A program made the translations under genes and the position numbers. A stretch of 63,729 nucleotides of DNA, the filler included, from Octopus bimaculoides (taxonomy: Eukaryota), in the NCBI RefSeq assembly GCF_001194135.2. It is 4 parts of 4 records of this genome, joined end to end, with 100 filler letters (N's around TTAATTAATTAA, not from the genome) between each part and the next. Parts side by side here need not be neighbours in the genome. Positions count along the whole stretch, not along the records: positions 17,629 to 33,824 come from NC_068983.1; positions 33,925 to 55,414 come from NC_068986.1; 2 more parts are not named here. One strand, 5' to 3'. The notes below the pieces were generated by a model, which saw only the letters and a list, made by a program, of their open reading frames with translations, was not told the DNA's origin and made no database searches. Positions 21,659 through 34,457 of the stretch are shown piece after piece. Numbering within the stretch: the stretch's first letter is position 1; each line of letters opens with the position of its first letter.

Positions 21659-23454
21659 CTAGAATATAGCAAAGATGAAATATAAAAATGTCATATTATA
21701 AAAATAGAAATACACAAAGATACATGCATTCAAAGAAAGAGAAATCTCATGGTGCCAACAAAGATAAGAGCATTCTGAATATCTACACTTATGTCTGAAA
21801 GACATGGATGATATGATTATGATTTGCTAATGATAATAATCTGCTTTTATTCATCTTCATCACTCAGAGCAATGACGACTATTTAGTCATCATTAAGGAT
21901 GACTGTTGATTTTGTTTAAAGTGAAGATGTATTGTGTACTCTTAACCTCACCTCACTCTTTTGTTCATTACCAACTTCAGTCCTGTAGCAAGAACAGATC
22001 AAGAAAACTGGGGATGGAAACAGTGGATGACAGAGATGTCAATGCATTACTGCAGCCACCTTCCCCTCTGTTGAATCATAAAAGTTTCTTCCGTCAGGTT
22101 CAGTTTTTACATGCAAAGGTAGGCAAGCTCTAATATACTAATTAGACCATAGCTGGCACTACTAATCCAGTCAGACAGGACTTGGGAATAATAGTAACTA
22201 GATGATTCCACACTCCTTAAAAATCTGGAACTCCCAAACCAGGGCCCTACTACCAGATATATAAGTAGGCAATACACAGTGGGTAGATTTAGATTATTGC
22301 TGTTATTTAACACCAGGTAAACTACAAATAGATAGAATTATGATTAATGATGATCTGTTATCATCAGCCTGACCTCTTGGCTTTCCCTTTCCAAGATTGT
22401 AGTGTTATCTGAAGATTTAGTTACTTTTTCTAACATATATAGGACCTTCCTTTTCAAGATGACAGAATGTAATTTGAAGGAGATTTGGTTGCAGTATCTA
22501 GCAGTACAAACAACCACATGTGATTGTAGATTTGTGTGTAACATGCATGGTGTGACTGACATGAAGTAAAAAGTTAAATTTAGACAAATTAAGCAAACTA
22601 TGGAGAAAATGGTTCAAATTGATTATGTAACTATTTTATTAGAATCAACAAAAGTAACATTGATTTCTTCCACTGATGCAAGGCCACAAATAAATACAGG
22701 AGGTCTATTGTGATAGCACTGGTCTAATAGTATATTACTGCTACTTATTTTATTGATGTCAGTGGGATGAAAACAAAGTAATTTCTGGTGGACTTTGAAC
22801 CCAGAATGTAATTAGATATTGCAAGACATTTTGTTCAATATTGTATTTTCTTTGACACAATAACAGAAGCACTACTTATCCCACTAATTAAAGGAATTGT
22901 GTGATATTGTTTATTATTTTGTCTTTCAAAGTTAATTATTCATGGTGTTCATTACAGAAATATTCCTCCTCGTTTAATTGTTTCAACATCAACTAATCAT
23001 ATTTTTGAAAATGTGAAGATTCTAAAAAAACTTCTATATGTAAAATTTGGTTTATTAAAAGAAAATAATCTGTTGTTGATAGAAAATAATTTAAAACTAT
23101 AGTGTGAACAAGCTGATAAGAAATACATACAATAAAGCAGACAGGATTAAACTGAAAGAACAGTTAATCTAAAACAATTAATTGCACAGAGTAGAATAAA
23201 AAATTGTTTAAAAAAAAGACAAATTATTAAGTAGATATTTTACTAACTGATGCAAGATAAGAAGGTAATGAAGGCAATATTAATTTAAGGAAAAGATCCT
23301 ATGATTAATAATACATTTTCAAATAAATTAAATAAATTGTTTTTAGATATTCCTATTTTTAATTAAGAAAGATCAACAAAGAAATGAAACAAAATTTTTT
23401 TATTTTAATTTTGACTCAGTAATTGCATGCATCAAACATCTTTGTCCCTCATCC

Positions 23455-23640
23455 TTTTTCATGGATCATTATTTCATCATCATTTAACGTCCACTTTCGA
23501 TGCTGGCATGGGTTAGATGGTTTGATTGTAACTGGTAATCCAGAGACCTGCACCAGGCTCCAGTCTGATTTGGCATGATTTCTCTGGCTGGATGCCCTTC
23601 TTAGTGTAATGGGTGCTTTTTATGTACCACCAGCATGGGT
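23455..23640 (-). mobile_element. Family D SINE
   Basis: (CAT)n-TTTAACGTCCAC..GCTGGCATGGGTT..GGATGCCCTTC, the reverse complement of the family D tail. Confidence 0.75.
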
Positions 23641-24568
23641 CCATTTACATAATACCAGCAACGACCACAACTACAATTTCATGGGTGCCTTTTACATGAT
23701 ACTGGCAACAACCATGACTACAGTTTCACTTGTCTTGACAAGTCTTTTTAAGCACAGCATATCGCCAAAGTCTTGGCCACTTGTCATCACCTCCTTTTAT
23801 AAAGCATTAGCTTCATAAAAATATTTCTAGACTTGAGTAGACATGTATTGTAAGGCAAGACCATGCCAGAATTGAAAAGAATATTAACATGATGACATTG
23901 ATGGAAATTATCATCAGTATGTAATCATGTTACATCGATATACAAACATATACAAATTTTTTAAATCCAAGTCAGGATAGAAAAAAAAAAGGCTGCAAAA
24001 TTATTATCACGAACTTTTATTATTATTACTAGCAGAATCATTACCATGCTTAATGGCATTTCTTCTGGCTCTTTATGTTCTGAGTTTAAATTTTGCTGCA
24101 ATCAACTTTCAGAGACAATAAAAGAAAGTACTGGTTAAAATCTGGGATCAACAGCACCCTCCATCCAAAATTGCTGGCCTTAGGCAAAAATTTGAAACAA
24201 TTATTATTACTATTGTTGGGGAAGTGGTGGTGGACGGCAGACAAAATACTTTCTGATACTTAAGAACATCTTTTTATAAGATTTCAACTCTCACAACATT
24301 GACTCTTCCTTTCATGTTTCGAGTTAATAAATAAGTACCAACCTGGTATTGGATCAAATTTAATCAACTGCACCTTCCCTTAAAAATTGTAGACTTGTTA
24401 GAAATTATTACTACTATTACCATTTTATAGTTTGGCAGTGGTGGGAAGGCACTGGATATTGCAGTGGCAATGATGATGATGGCAATGATGATGATAGCAA
24501 TGATATCAATAATGAAATAGGTTAGCAGATAAATCATTTTCCAGTATTAGAGATATAGCTTAACATAC

Positions 24569-24773
24569 TCAAGAATCCATAAACTTTGGCTATAAATGAA
24601 CTTGGCAGAGAGAGACTTGACAATTGGTGTTTTTCTGGAATTGGAGTTTTTGATGGTTCACTAAGGTATTTGATAAAATTATCATAAGAAGCAGTTGAAA
24701 AATCGTCATTGAACTTCATTTCATCATATCGAAAACTCAATTTTCGAATGGTACTTTCTAAACTGCCTTCTTC
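24569..24773 (-). CDS. Unidentified protein, internal exon (EEGSLESTIRKLSFRYDEMKF..FIAKVYGFL)
   Basis: Acceptor ttttcacatttcag, donor gtatgt, 205 nt, open frame; phase 1 out joins the next exon as AAT (Asn). Confidence 0.88.
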
Positions 24774-25400
24774 CTGAAATGTGAAAAAATGTTTTCCTTA
24801 AATACAAAAGGGAAAAGTATAATTAGGCAAAATAAACTAACACGCCAAAAAGAAAAAGAAGAAAGAAAGAACGGACAGAGTTATTAAAATAATCTGCAGA
24901 TCTTTAAATCTGTCAATAAACAATACTGTTTTATATATATATATATATATATATACACACTTGGAAATGGATGCGTGGCATTCAGTTAAATACTCTATAC
25001 TGTTTTCTCCCCTTCACCGTTTTCTATCTGTCTCTCAATCTCCCCCTCTTTCTCTTTTTCTTGTTGCTCACAAGTGACCATCATCCATCTTTCTTTTCTT
25101 GCACGATGTTCTAAGGACTGGACATCTTCTATCTATTGCTTCTATCTTTTCTCTTTTCAAAGAAAATATTTCTCCCAGTGTTCACTATTTTCCTCTCAGC
25201 AACTGCTTTTGAAGAGTTATATTGTCATTGAATGCTCGAAATGACGAGTAGAGAGACAGCCGACAACTGATGAAGGGTCGTTTCTCTGTGTTCACTTGTC
25301 TTGTTTTCCATTTTTTCTCTTGTTGTTTACATATTTATCTTGTTTGTCTACGTATTTCATGTTGTTTAGACAGTTGGTGATGTCCTGTATCCATATATAC

Positions 25401-25438
<38 letters not shown>

Positions 25439-26034
25439 NNNNNNNNNNNNNNNNNNNNNNNNNNNNNNNNNNNNNNNNNNNNNNNNNNNNNNNNNNNNNN
25501 NNNNNNNNNNNNNNNNNNNNNNNNNNNNNNNNNNNNNNNNNNNNNNNNNNNNNNNNNNNNNNNNNNNNNNNNNNNNNNNNNNNNNNNNNNNNNNNNNNNN
25601 NNNNNNNNNNNNNNNNNNNNNNNNNNNNNNNNNNNNNNNNNNNNNNNNNNNNNNNNNNNNNNNNNNNNNNNNNNNNNNNNNNNNNNNNNNNNNNNNNNNN
25701 NNNNNNNNNNNNNNNNNNNNNNNNNNNNNNNNNNNNNNNNNNNNNNNNNNNNNNNNNNNNNNNNNNNNNNNNNNNNNNNNNNNNNNNNNNNNNNNNNNNN
25801 NNNNNNNNNNNNNNNNNNNNNNNNNNNNNNNNNNNNNNNNNNNNNNNNNNNNNNNNNNNNGTATAGAAATCCACATTTTCCACTTTTTCGTAAAATTTTT
25901 TACATCAACGGAATTTTCTTGATGTGAACTTTCCAGTGCAGTAATTAGATTTTTTAATGTGGATTTCTATAGATGCAACACATACACACACTCACAAACT
26001 CAGCTATACTATAGTTATAGATATATATATATAG

Positions 26035-26259
26035 AGAAAACAGAGAGATCTAATGGATACAAATTAATTTATTAATTAATCAACATATTAACCAACAATT
26101 GTTTCATTTCTCAAATAAGATTAAAATTACAAAACATATATAAAAATATACTTCATATGTTTTGTAATTTTAATCTTCTTTGAGAAATGAAACAATTGTT
26201 GGTTAATATGTTGATTAATTAATAAATTAATTTGTATCCTTTAGATCTCTCTGTTTTCT
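26035..26259. repeat. Foldback: 105-bp inverted arms (2 mismatches), 15-nt loop
   Basis: 26035-26139 versus reverse complement of 26155-26259. Confidence 0.95.
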
Positions 26260-26412
26260 AACTCAATAAAAATGTCTGATATCTTACAATATTCTATATG
26301 ATATGTTCATTGAAGGATTATCTCATCAAAATTTAATATATTAAAGCAGTGTATCTTGGATAAATATCCCTATATCTTGTATCCCTGTATCTTGGATAAA
26401 TATCTTCATTGT

Positions 26413-26459
<47 letters not shown>

Positions 26460-26739
26460 CACTTGCTATTTGCAGTCCTTTTTTTTCTTAGCAAAGGAAA
26501 CAAGCTTTGTGAGAAATTTTCTTCATTTTAGTATATTAATTAAAAAGCAAAATTTTTTTTCTGTAATTAATTTTTTAATATTTTATTTGATTTCAACTTT
26601 TAACCCCTCTATATTTGTAGACAGATTATTTAAATATTTTATGTCATCCTCAGTGCAACTTTTTCCAAAGAATTTAGTAACTGTATTAATTATATTTGAA
26701 GAGAATTGATAAAAACTTCATAATTATAGCTAATGATGT

Positions 26740-27908
26740 TGTGCAATACCATGATAGTTTTTTTGGTGTACATGGATGCTAAGGATATGAAACGAGGAAT
26801 GTGGGATTAAAGCTCTTGGGTTCCTGTAATGCAAATAATCCTAAACATTTGCATCACTAACTTCAAGAAACTGGCAAGTTACTTGATCACCAACCAATCA
26901 GGTGAAGATCCAAACCAAATAGATTTTAGGCAGATGGCTGGAAATGTTAAGTCTTTCCCTAGTGAAGACAGTACCACTCAACATGGACTAGTGCTTAGTA
27001 ACTTCAGAATAAGAGCTAAACAGACTCAGAAATAGAGATAGAGACATAATAGAGGACAACTGGAAGTTTCTATAAGACAATCAACCTGCTGAGAACTACA
27101 AATCTGTGGCTGGTTTGAGCAAAATAAAAGTTGATATAATGGTGGATTAGTACTGTAAATGGAGCTCTAAAAGCTAAAAGACAAGCTTAGAAAGACTGAA
27201 AAAAGGGGACAGTAGAGAATAATATCAAATAGCAAGAAGAGAGGCTAGATGTCTGTTATACTTAGAATGGAAAGATGCAGAAATCAAGAGGTTTGTAGAT
27301 GTCCTGTGGTGTGAGGGTTAGAAGCACAAAGTGTTCCATACTGCTAGGCAGTGTGCTGGAGAGAATCAAGATGTTATTGAGAAGATATATATATGGAATA
27401 ATAAACAGTACACATGGCCTTCCTGATGCTGAAAAGGAAGAGATATGAAGTGCTATTATGTGAAGTTGTTGAATAAGAAAAATGCTTGGGAGTGTGAGAG
27501 CTTAAACCAAATAAATCTAACAGAGGGAACAACTGTTAAACTAGACAATAATTACTACTTCAATGTTCAACATCACTACTAACACTGCAGTTATTACTTC
27601 TGTTAAACGAAATTTATACAAAGTATTCAACGATCTCAGTTATAAAAATTTATTCTCTTTTCCATCTGTAATTTGCTGATTTTAGGTTAGACATATTAAA
27701 CCACACACACACACACATGCACTATCACTTATGATTTCTTTAATTTACCGTGATTGCAAAGTTCACTGAATTAACTATCAAAGGAAACTTAACTTTAGGA
27801 AAGGATAATGACAGTACAAGCACCAGATGAAGAACTTAAATGATCGCTATATATCATATGTGTTTGTGTATGTACATGTGAGTGTGTCTATGTATGTGTG
27901 TGTAAATG

Positions 27909-27948
<40 letters not shown>

Positions 27949-29430
27949 CACACATACATATACACTGGTGATTTTCAGCATGGAGCTAAATAACAAATGT
28001 AAAGAGATGCTTAAAATATCTGGTGAAGAAAGTCATATGCTAGTTATTTGCATAATCAATCAGGTAGTACAGAAGGTCTCAATAACTGGTGTAGCAATAT
28101 CATTGTTGACAATTACAAGGGAAAAGGAGATGCTGTTGTGAGAGGCAATTACAGAGACAACAGATTGTTGGACCATGTAATGAAAAGTTACAGTACAATT
28201 GATTAGGAAGAGAATTAGCCTGGATGAGATGTAGGTCAGTAAGAGGAACTACCAATGCTACATTCCTAGAGGAAGACAACTTGCAGAAGTACTTAGCTCT
28301 ATACCTAGCATAAACCAACTAGGGTTCAATGCTCTTTATTTTGATGGTCGCCAAAGAAATTAGAGATAGATGAATGGTTTGTATGAGCCATATAAGCCAT
28401 ACATAGAGAGGCAATGTGAAAGTTAGCTAAAATGTCAGTGACAAATTTAGTGTGCAAGTAGAAATTCTTCAAAGCTCAGTTCTCAGTGTACCCCAAGTCA
28501 TAGAAAAGCAGTTTAAGACTGACTGTTTACAAGAACTTCTGTATGCTGATGACCTTATTCTTATGGAATCTGTATAAAATTTAGAGAAGAAATTCTAGAC
28601 TTGGAAGTAAAACCTGTAATCAAGGGCCTTCAAACTAAACTTGAAGAGCATTACAAGTTTTAGTAAGTAGAAGAAAGCAGATTTCTGCCACCACCCCAGA
28701 AATAGCCATCCTCAAAATGTAGAAAAGGACAAGGTAGAAGTTTCATGCAGTGTACTCAGTGTAAACTATGGATGCACGAGAAGTGTAGTGAAACCACAGG
28801 TAAACTTGGCAGAGAAAGTAGTCTTTGTATGAGGCAGGAGGAATTAGTAGTGAGAATACAAGAGGAATAAATTATTTCAATTACTCTAAAGGCTCATTAG
28901 TTTATAACTTTTGTTACCTAGGTAACCTAATTAACAGTGGAGGTGGGTGTTCTGAAAGAACAGTAATAAAAATGAGTTGGAAAAAGTTCAGACAAATTAT
29001 CTATGTTGGTAGTAAAGGGTTCCTCCCTCAGAATAAAGAACAGACTTCACAAAGTGCAATACTGTATAGTAGTAAGAGCATGATAAAATAAGATTTGTAA
29101 GGGCCAGAAAGAATGAAGAGAGCATACTCTGTTGGATGTGCAATGTTAGTGTGCCTGAATGACAAAACACAAATGAACCAAAAAGAAATTTATACATAAG
29201 AGGACACGGAATCAGATGCAATGTAGAGAAAGGAGACTATGCAGGATATACAAAGACGTGCCAAGTGTTTCATATTGTTGGAACTTGTGGATGAGAGAGA
29301 AAGAAATATAAAGAAGTAGTAAGATCGAATCCCAGAATGTTGAACCTCATGAAGGAAATATCAAAAATTGCAGAGATTAGCAACAAATAGTGCTAAAGAA
29401 GACACATCAACCTGTACAATCATGATGAAA
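26740..29430 (+). mobile_element. Heavily decayed RTE LINE (endonuclease plus RT), interrupted at about 27530-27965
   Basis: Relics of ITNFKKLASYLITNQSGE..QIDF, YKGKGDA..RGNYR..LLDHVMK, SLDEM, RQLxEKYLA, YADDL-like (ctgtatgctgatgacctt); almost no CpG left. Confidence 0.8.
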
Positions 29431-30538
29431 TAAACATTAAAATGGTGGCAGTAATGGCAGCTGGGAGGTATATAATATATCTACATTTGAGTAGCTCAGT
29501 GATTATCTTCCTGATATGATATCATCTACTACCCTCTATGTTACTCTTTTAGCTATTATTCTCTCTCCTATCAACTGCACTAAGTGGCTTGTATAATGCG
29601 GAATGGCATTTGATGTGCCTATATTTAATCTTTCAACCCTTATCCCTCTACTTCTCTTCCACCATCACCTCTCTACAAATCTATTATTTTTCCCTCCTGA
29701 TGCTTGTGTAATGAGGGATGGTTTTAATCTGTCCATATCCAGTACTCACTACTATCATCCTTCTTTACTACCAGCCATCACTATCTGTCCCCTATATGAT
29801 TATTTAATGATATCCACCACTCTCTATAGCAACCTATCATAAGCTTTCTCTTACCAACATTTATCTCTATTGCTAGCCTATCACACTGTTCATGTTATTT
29901 TTTATTCAATCTCTTTAACAACCAGCAAGTAGCTACCACTGTCTCTCTTCCATAATTTCTCTCTTACCATCGTCTCACACCTATCAACCTGTTTCCCCAC
30001 CATCACACTCATATTCATACTCATTTCGCCCTCATACGTAACACTCTCTCTTCTATTTATCCACTCAGTCATATTCAAAAATCTTTGCTAAGTTTTATTA
30101 TGAAGGCTCTATATTCAAAAGAGCTATGAACAGACCTAAGCTTTGAGAGTATCACTACCAAATCCCCCACATATACACATATTACAGGTAAATATTTTCA
30201 AATAATTTAAATATATAGGAAGATAAATATTTCAAACTTTTAACTAAAGTGTAAACAATTATTTTAAATGTTTGCTAACTGGATGTTAACTGGGTTTACA
30301 ATCAAAATACTTTTATTTCTAATACAATATTTGAACCGCCCTACTGCATTAACAATTGGAAGAAAATATTTCCAGGAAGTAACTTCAAATCTGTGACAAA
30401 TACTCAGTGAAAATTTAAGGGAAACCATCAAACATTACTTTATATGTCATTTTTGTCTATTTTCAAATACAGGAAAAAAAGAAAATCTATTAGATTCTGA
30501 CAGAAAGAAATTAGGAGTAAGATCTGAAAAAAATTTAC

Positions 30539-30604
30539 CATGTCATCATCTTCTTCTGTAAATGTAAATTTATCAATATGGATTAAAGGTAACCACTTAA
30601 TCAA
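30539..30604 (-). CDS. Unidentified protein, internal exon (LIKWLPLIHIDKFTFTEEDDDM)
   Basis: Acceptor tgtttccatttcag, donor gtaaat, 66 nt, phase 0/0; joins EEGSLE in frame. Confidence 0.78.
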
Positions 30605-30876
30605 CTGAAATGGAAACAATACATTACATTATATTGAATTTATTCATGATCCATTATGGCAGCAAAGTCTAAGTTTGATGTCAATTATTTTTTTCCACTA
30701 ACAAATTAAATATTTATAAAAATTATCACCAGTTGTTCATACACAGATGGAAGAATATTTAAGAAAGATATATTCAGTATATCTTATACATCCAAATACA
30801 ATAAACATCCAAAGTATATTCAGACATACAATAAAGGAAAAACAGTACTTGTTTATTACTAATATTATATGGGGAC

Positions 30877-31063
30877 ACAAGGCTGGCAGTTTGGCAGAAT
30901 CATTAGAATACTGAACAAAATGTATTTAGTTACATTCTGAGTTCAAATCCCACTAAAGTCAACTTTGCCTTTTATCCTTCTGAGATCATTAAAATTAAGT
31001 TGATTTAATTGGCTGGCATCTCCAAAAATTTATGGTTATATGCTAATGTTAGAAATCAATGCT
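30877..31063 (+). mobile_element. Family C SINE, CpG-decayed copy
   Basis: Aligns to 48995-49208 but with CG positions changed to TG/CA. Confidence 0.7.
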
Positions 31064-31988
31064 ATAGAAGGACATGTTCCACCATCTACATCTATGCCAG
31101 CCCATCCACATCCATGACAACTCTTGCAAAGAAATGCAATGTGTCCCTTTCCAGTGTCCAGAGCTGTGAACAGGAACCTTGGCATGACTGGCTATGTTCG
31201 TCACCTCCTAACAGCCAAGGTCAAAGCAATCAGAGCTGAGAGATGCCCAAAGCTTCTGTCATTCATCATGCATCAAGGTGCAGGAAAAACTCTCATGTTC
31301 GTGGACAAGAAGTTCACTGTGGATGCTGAGGTGAATTTCAGAAATTTTTGAGTGATTGCATACAACCTTTCTGATGTTCCCACTGTGTTTGAGACTAAGA
31401 ATCCTGCCTCTGTGATGTTATTTGGAGCCATGGCAAGTGATGGAAGTGTCATGGATCCACACTTTATTGAGTCTGACTTGAAGATTGGCACAAAGGAGTA
31501 TCTGAACATCCTGAAGAACTCTCTGTTACCTTGGATGGAACAGAAGTTTGGGCTTGACAATGTGATGCTTATCCAGGATTCTGCACCATGCCATGGGTCA
31601 AAAGCAACACAGGCTTTCCTTGGTGAGAAGGTGCCATTTTTTGTGATGGCCAACATCTGACCCAGTAATAGCCCAGATCTAAACCTTCTCGATTAATTTT
31701 TATGGGACATACTTCAACAAGGACAAATACTTCACCACACTCAAGTGTCAATAGTTTGAAGACCTGCATTGTGTGTGCAACATGCAAAATCAAAAAGGCG
31801 GAAGTTGCAGCAGCTTCAAAACAATTTCATTCTTGTGTGGAGCCAAAAGGGCAGCCATATTGACTGATAAATGTTTTTGTTGTCATAAATGTTACATTAA
31901 AATTATATCTGTCCTCTACCATTATTTTAGTATTTATAACCAGTTTTATGTATCATAAAAATTGTCTCAATTTATCTGCAAGACCCTG
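31064..31988 (+). mobile_element. Tc1/mariner maT-type (DD37D) transposase pseudogene, right TIR intact
   Basis: FVDKKFTVD..PASVMLFGAMASDG..QDSAPCH-(37 aa after D)-..I*PSNSPDLNLLD*FLW; ends gaccctg|TA at 31988. Confidence 0.88.
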
Positions 31989-32187
31989 TACTATGTTCAG
32001 ATGATATCCGACTAACAGTTAAAGTAGACTCTGATGAAGTTGAACCAATAATTAACACGAAGATGTGCATTTAACAGTGTGCACTGGCTTGCAGCGGAAA
32101 CGTGTATAGGTCTTGACAAAGAAAGATGTGATTAACTGTAAAACAAAACTTGGATGTGCAAATCTCTGTTCTCTTGATTTTATACAC

Positions 32188-32230
<43 letters not shown>

Positions 32231-32486
32231 TAGCTGATGTACCCAGTAATTCCCGGGAAAGCAGGGCTTATCCCTTGGTTCCATATTCACAAATGTTTCA
32301 TTCTCACAAATGAGGTTTCCAGACATGAGTTCTACTCAATGTCAAGTTTCAACAAGATCGATAAAACGATGTAGGAAGAGTTAGCTAACAACTCCACAAG
32401 CACACCCACAGACAGAATTTCCCACATATGTATGTATGTGTGTGTGTGTGTATGTGTGTATGTATGTATGTATGTATGTATGTATA

Positions 32487-32650
32487 CAGTAATTCCTCGA
32501 CTATCGCAGGTGTTACATTCCAAACCCTCCCACAGAAATAATTAAAATCTAAAAAATCTAAATACTTATCGGTCACAGAAACCCGTGATATACTGAGGAG
32601 TCTGTGATATAAATTTATATATAATAGCCAGAAAAATCCGCAGTGTACTG
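32487..32650 (+). mobile_element. Tigger/pogo-like left terminus
   Basis: TA|CAGTAATTCCTCGACTATCGCAGGTGTTACATTCCAAAC, homologous to 6509. Confidence 0.6.
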
Positions 32651-32718
32651 AGTGCAAGATAGATGAACTAGGATGTCCTGACTGGGTGATAGGTGAACTG
32701 CAATATGGCAAGGGATTG

Positions 32719-32752
<34 letters not shown>

Positions 32753-33255
32753 NNNNNNNNNNNNNNNNNNNNNNNNNNNNNNNNNNNNNNNNNNNNNNNN
32801 NNNNNNNNNNNNNNNNNNNNNNNNNNNNNNNNNNNNNNNNNNNNNNNNNNNNNNNNNNNNNNNNNNNNNNNNNNNNNNNNNNNNNNNNNNNNNNNNNNNN
32901 NNNNNNNNNNNNNNNNNNNNNNNNNNNNNNNNNNNNNNNNNNNNNNNNNNNNNNNNNNNNNNNNNNNNNNNNNNNNNNNNNNNNNNNNNNNNNNNNNNNN
33001 NNNNNNNNNNNNNNNNNNNNNNNNNNNNNNNNNNNNNNNNNNNNNNNNNNNNNNNNNNNNNNNNNNNNNNNNNNNNNNNNNNNNNNNNNNNNNNNNNNNN
33101 NNNNNNNNNNNNNNNNNNNNNNNNNNNNNNNNNNNNNNNNNNNNNNNNNNNNNNNNNNNNNNNNNNNNNNNNNNNNNNNNNNNNNNNNNNNNNNNNNNNN
33201 NNNNNNNNNNNNNNNNNNNNNNNNNNNNNNNNNNNNNNNNNNNNNNNNNNNNNNN

Positions 33256-33289
<34 letters not shown>

Positions 33290-33293
<4 letters not shown>

Positions 33294-33824
33294 GTCTGAT
33301 CAATAAGTATCCAGACTGTTGTGCATGCGCACTAAGTTTTAACATTCTAGTTCACTTCCACTGTTTACAGCAGTGCTTGGAAGGTAGGTGTGTAGCGTGT
33401 GATTGTTGCATTGATCATGACAGAGAAAGTAATCATGGCAATACCTGCCCAGAGGCCTTTTGCAAAGTTGCAGAAAGTGTATGGAGAGAAGTGCATGAGC
33501 AGCACACAAGTGTACGAGTGGTTCAGACATTTCCCATATGGCTGAAAAAATGTCGATATTGATGAATGTTCTGGGAGAACTGCAAATATCAGAACTGAGA
33601 AAAACATTGCAGATGCAAGTGCAGCTGTGAAGGGAAATCATTGAATCACCATCCGTGAGTTATCAGAGGATGTGCAGATTAGTTACAATTCAGTTCAGTT
33701 CATTATCAATGAAGATTTGGGTATGAGTCACGTGTCTGCCAAATTTGTGCCAAAACTGCTTTCAGCTGACCAAAAGACACTCAAGTTTCAGTTGCACAAG
33801 ATCTCCTTGATTGTGTTGAGAACA
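33290..33824 (+). mobile_element. Mariner (Mos1-like) element, 5' half, truncated by gap
   Basis: GAGGTCTGATCAATAAGT terminus after a TA run; frames give LQKVYGEKCMSSTQVYEWFRHF..GRT..ITIRELSEDVQIS..EDLGMSHVSAKFVPKLLS (WVPHEL-like). Confidence 0.88.
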
Positions 33825-33924
33825 NNNNNNNNNNNNNNNNNNNNNNNNNNNNNNNNNNNNNNNNNNNNTTAATTAATTAANNNNNNNNNNNNNNNNNNNN
33901 NNNNNNNNNNNNNNNNNNNNNNNN

Positions 33925-33973
<49 letters not shown>

Positions 33974-34249
33974 ACACACACACACACTCACACACACACA
34001 TATGTTATTTCATGCTTATGCAAAATTCTTTTCCGATAAACTTTCACCCAATGGTTTTCTACGAATATGAAAATATAAAGTTTACAAAAATACCATGTAG
34101 TTTATGAAGAGAAGCAAAAAAGTAATAGACAGAATGATAGCGAGTGGGAAGAGAAGGTAGAGAAAGGAAGTGTACAGTACAAATGTCGCATGATTAAGGA
34201 CAGCGTAAGGTATTTGTGCAAAATCCTACGGTGTGCGCTGCAGAGAATT

Positions 34250-34457
34250 CTAGCCAAGGTTCATGGCAAACGAAAGACTCGATGAAGGCTGAATCTGTGC
34301 TGTTTGATTTGATGACAGATCAGAGAGGTTTGTGGCGGGGTAAGGTTGGAAAATATTAGTATAACTCGGGAAAGCAGCATTCCAGTAGGCCGATGGTAAA
34401 ATCCCTTGTCTTTGTGCTAATTTCAACCGTGACGCCAACTGCTTCTTCCATTTTGTC
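34250..34457 (-). CDS. Abox: Abox/ceh-19-type NKL homeobox protein, terminal exon ((R)TKWKKQLASRLKLAQRQGILPSAYW..MNLG*)
   Basis: Acceptor ctttctcaatcttcctttcatag; phase 2 completes AGG (Arg); end of helix 3 plus the family-typical KKQL.SRLK.A.RQG extension; stop TAG at 34250-34252. Family name is from memory of ceh-19/CG34031. Confidence 0.9.

Noticed and set aside
22958-23103. Plus-strand frame NIPPRLIVSTS.. after ttacag
   Set aside because: No partner exon or donor, and low-complexity AT-rich codons.
31352-31660. Transposase ORFs (also 36220-36591 and 48098-48331) as active or domesticated genes
   Set aside because: In-frame stops, frameshifts and lost catalytic residues, and TIR context is retained.
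32001-32074. Plus-strand terminal-exon look-alike (DIRLTVKVDSDEVEPIINTKMCI*)
   Set aside because: Weak acceptor directly abutting a transposon TIR, and no supported upstream plus-strand exon.
32020-32135. Strong minus-strand acceptor gttttgttttacag as the missing upstream exon
   Set aside because: All three frames hit stops before any credible donor.
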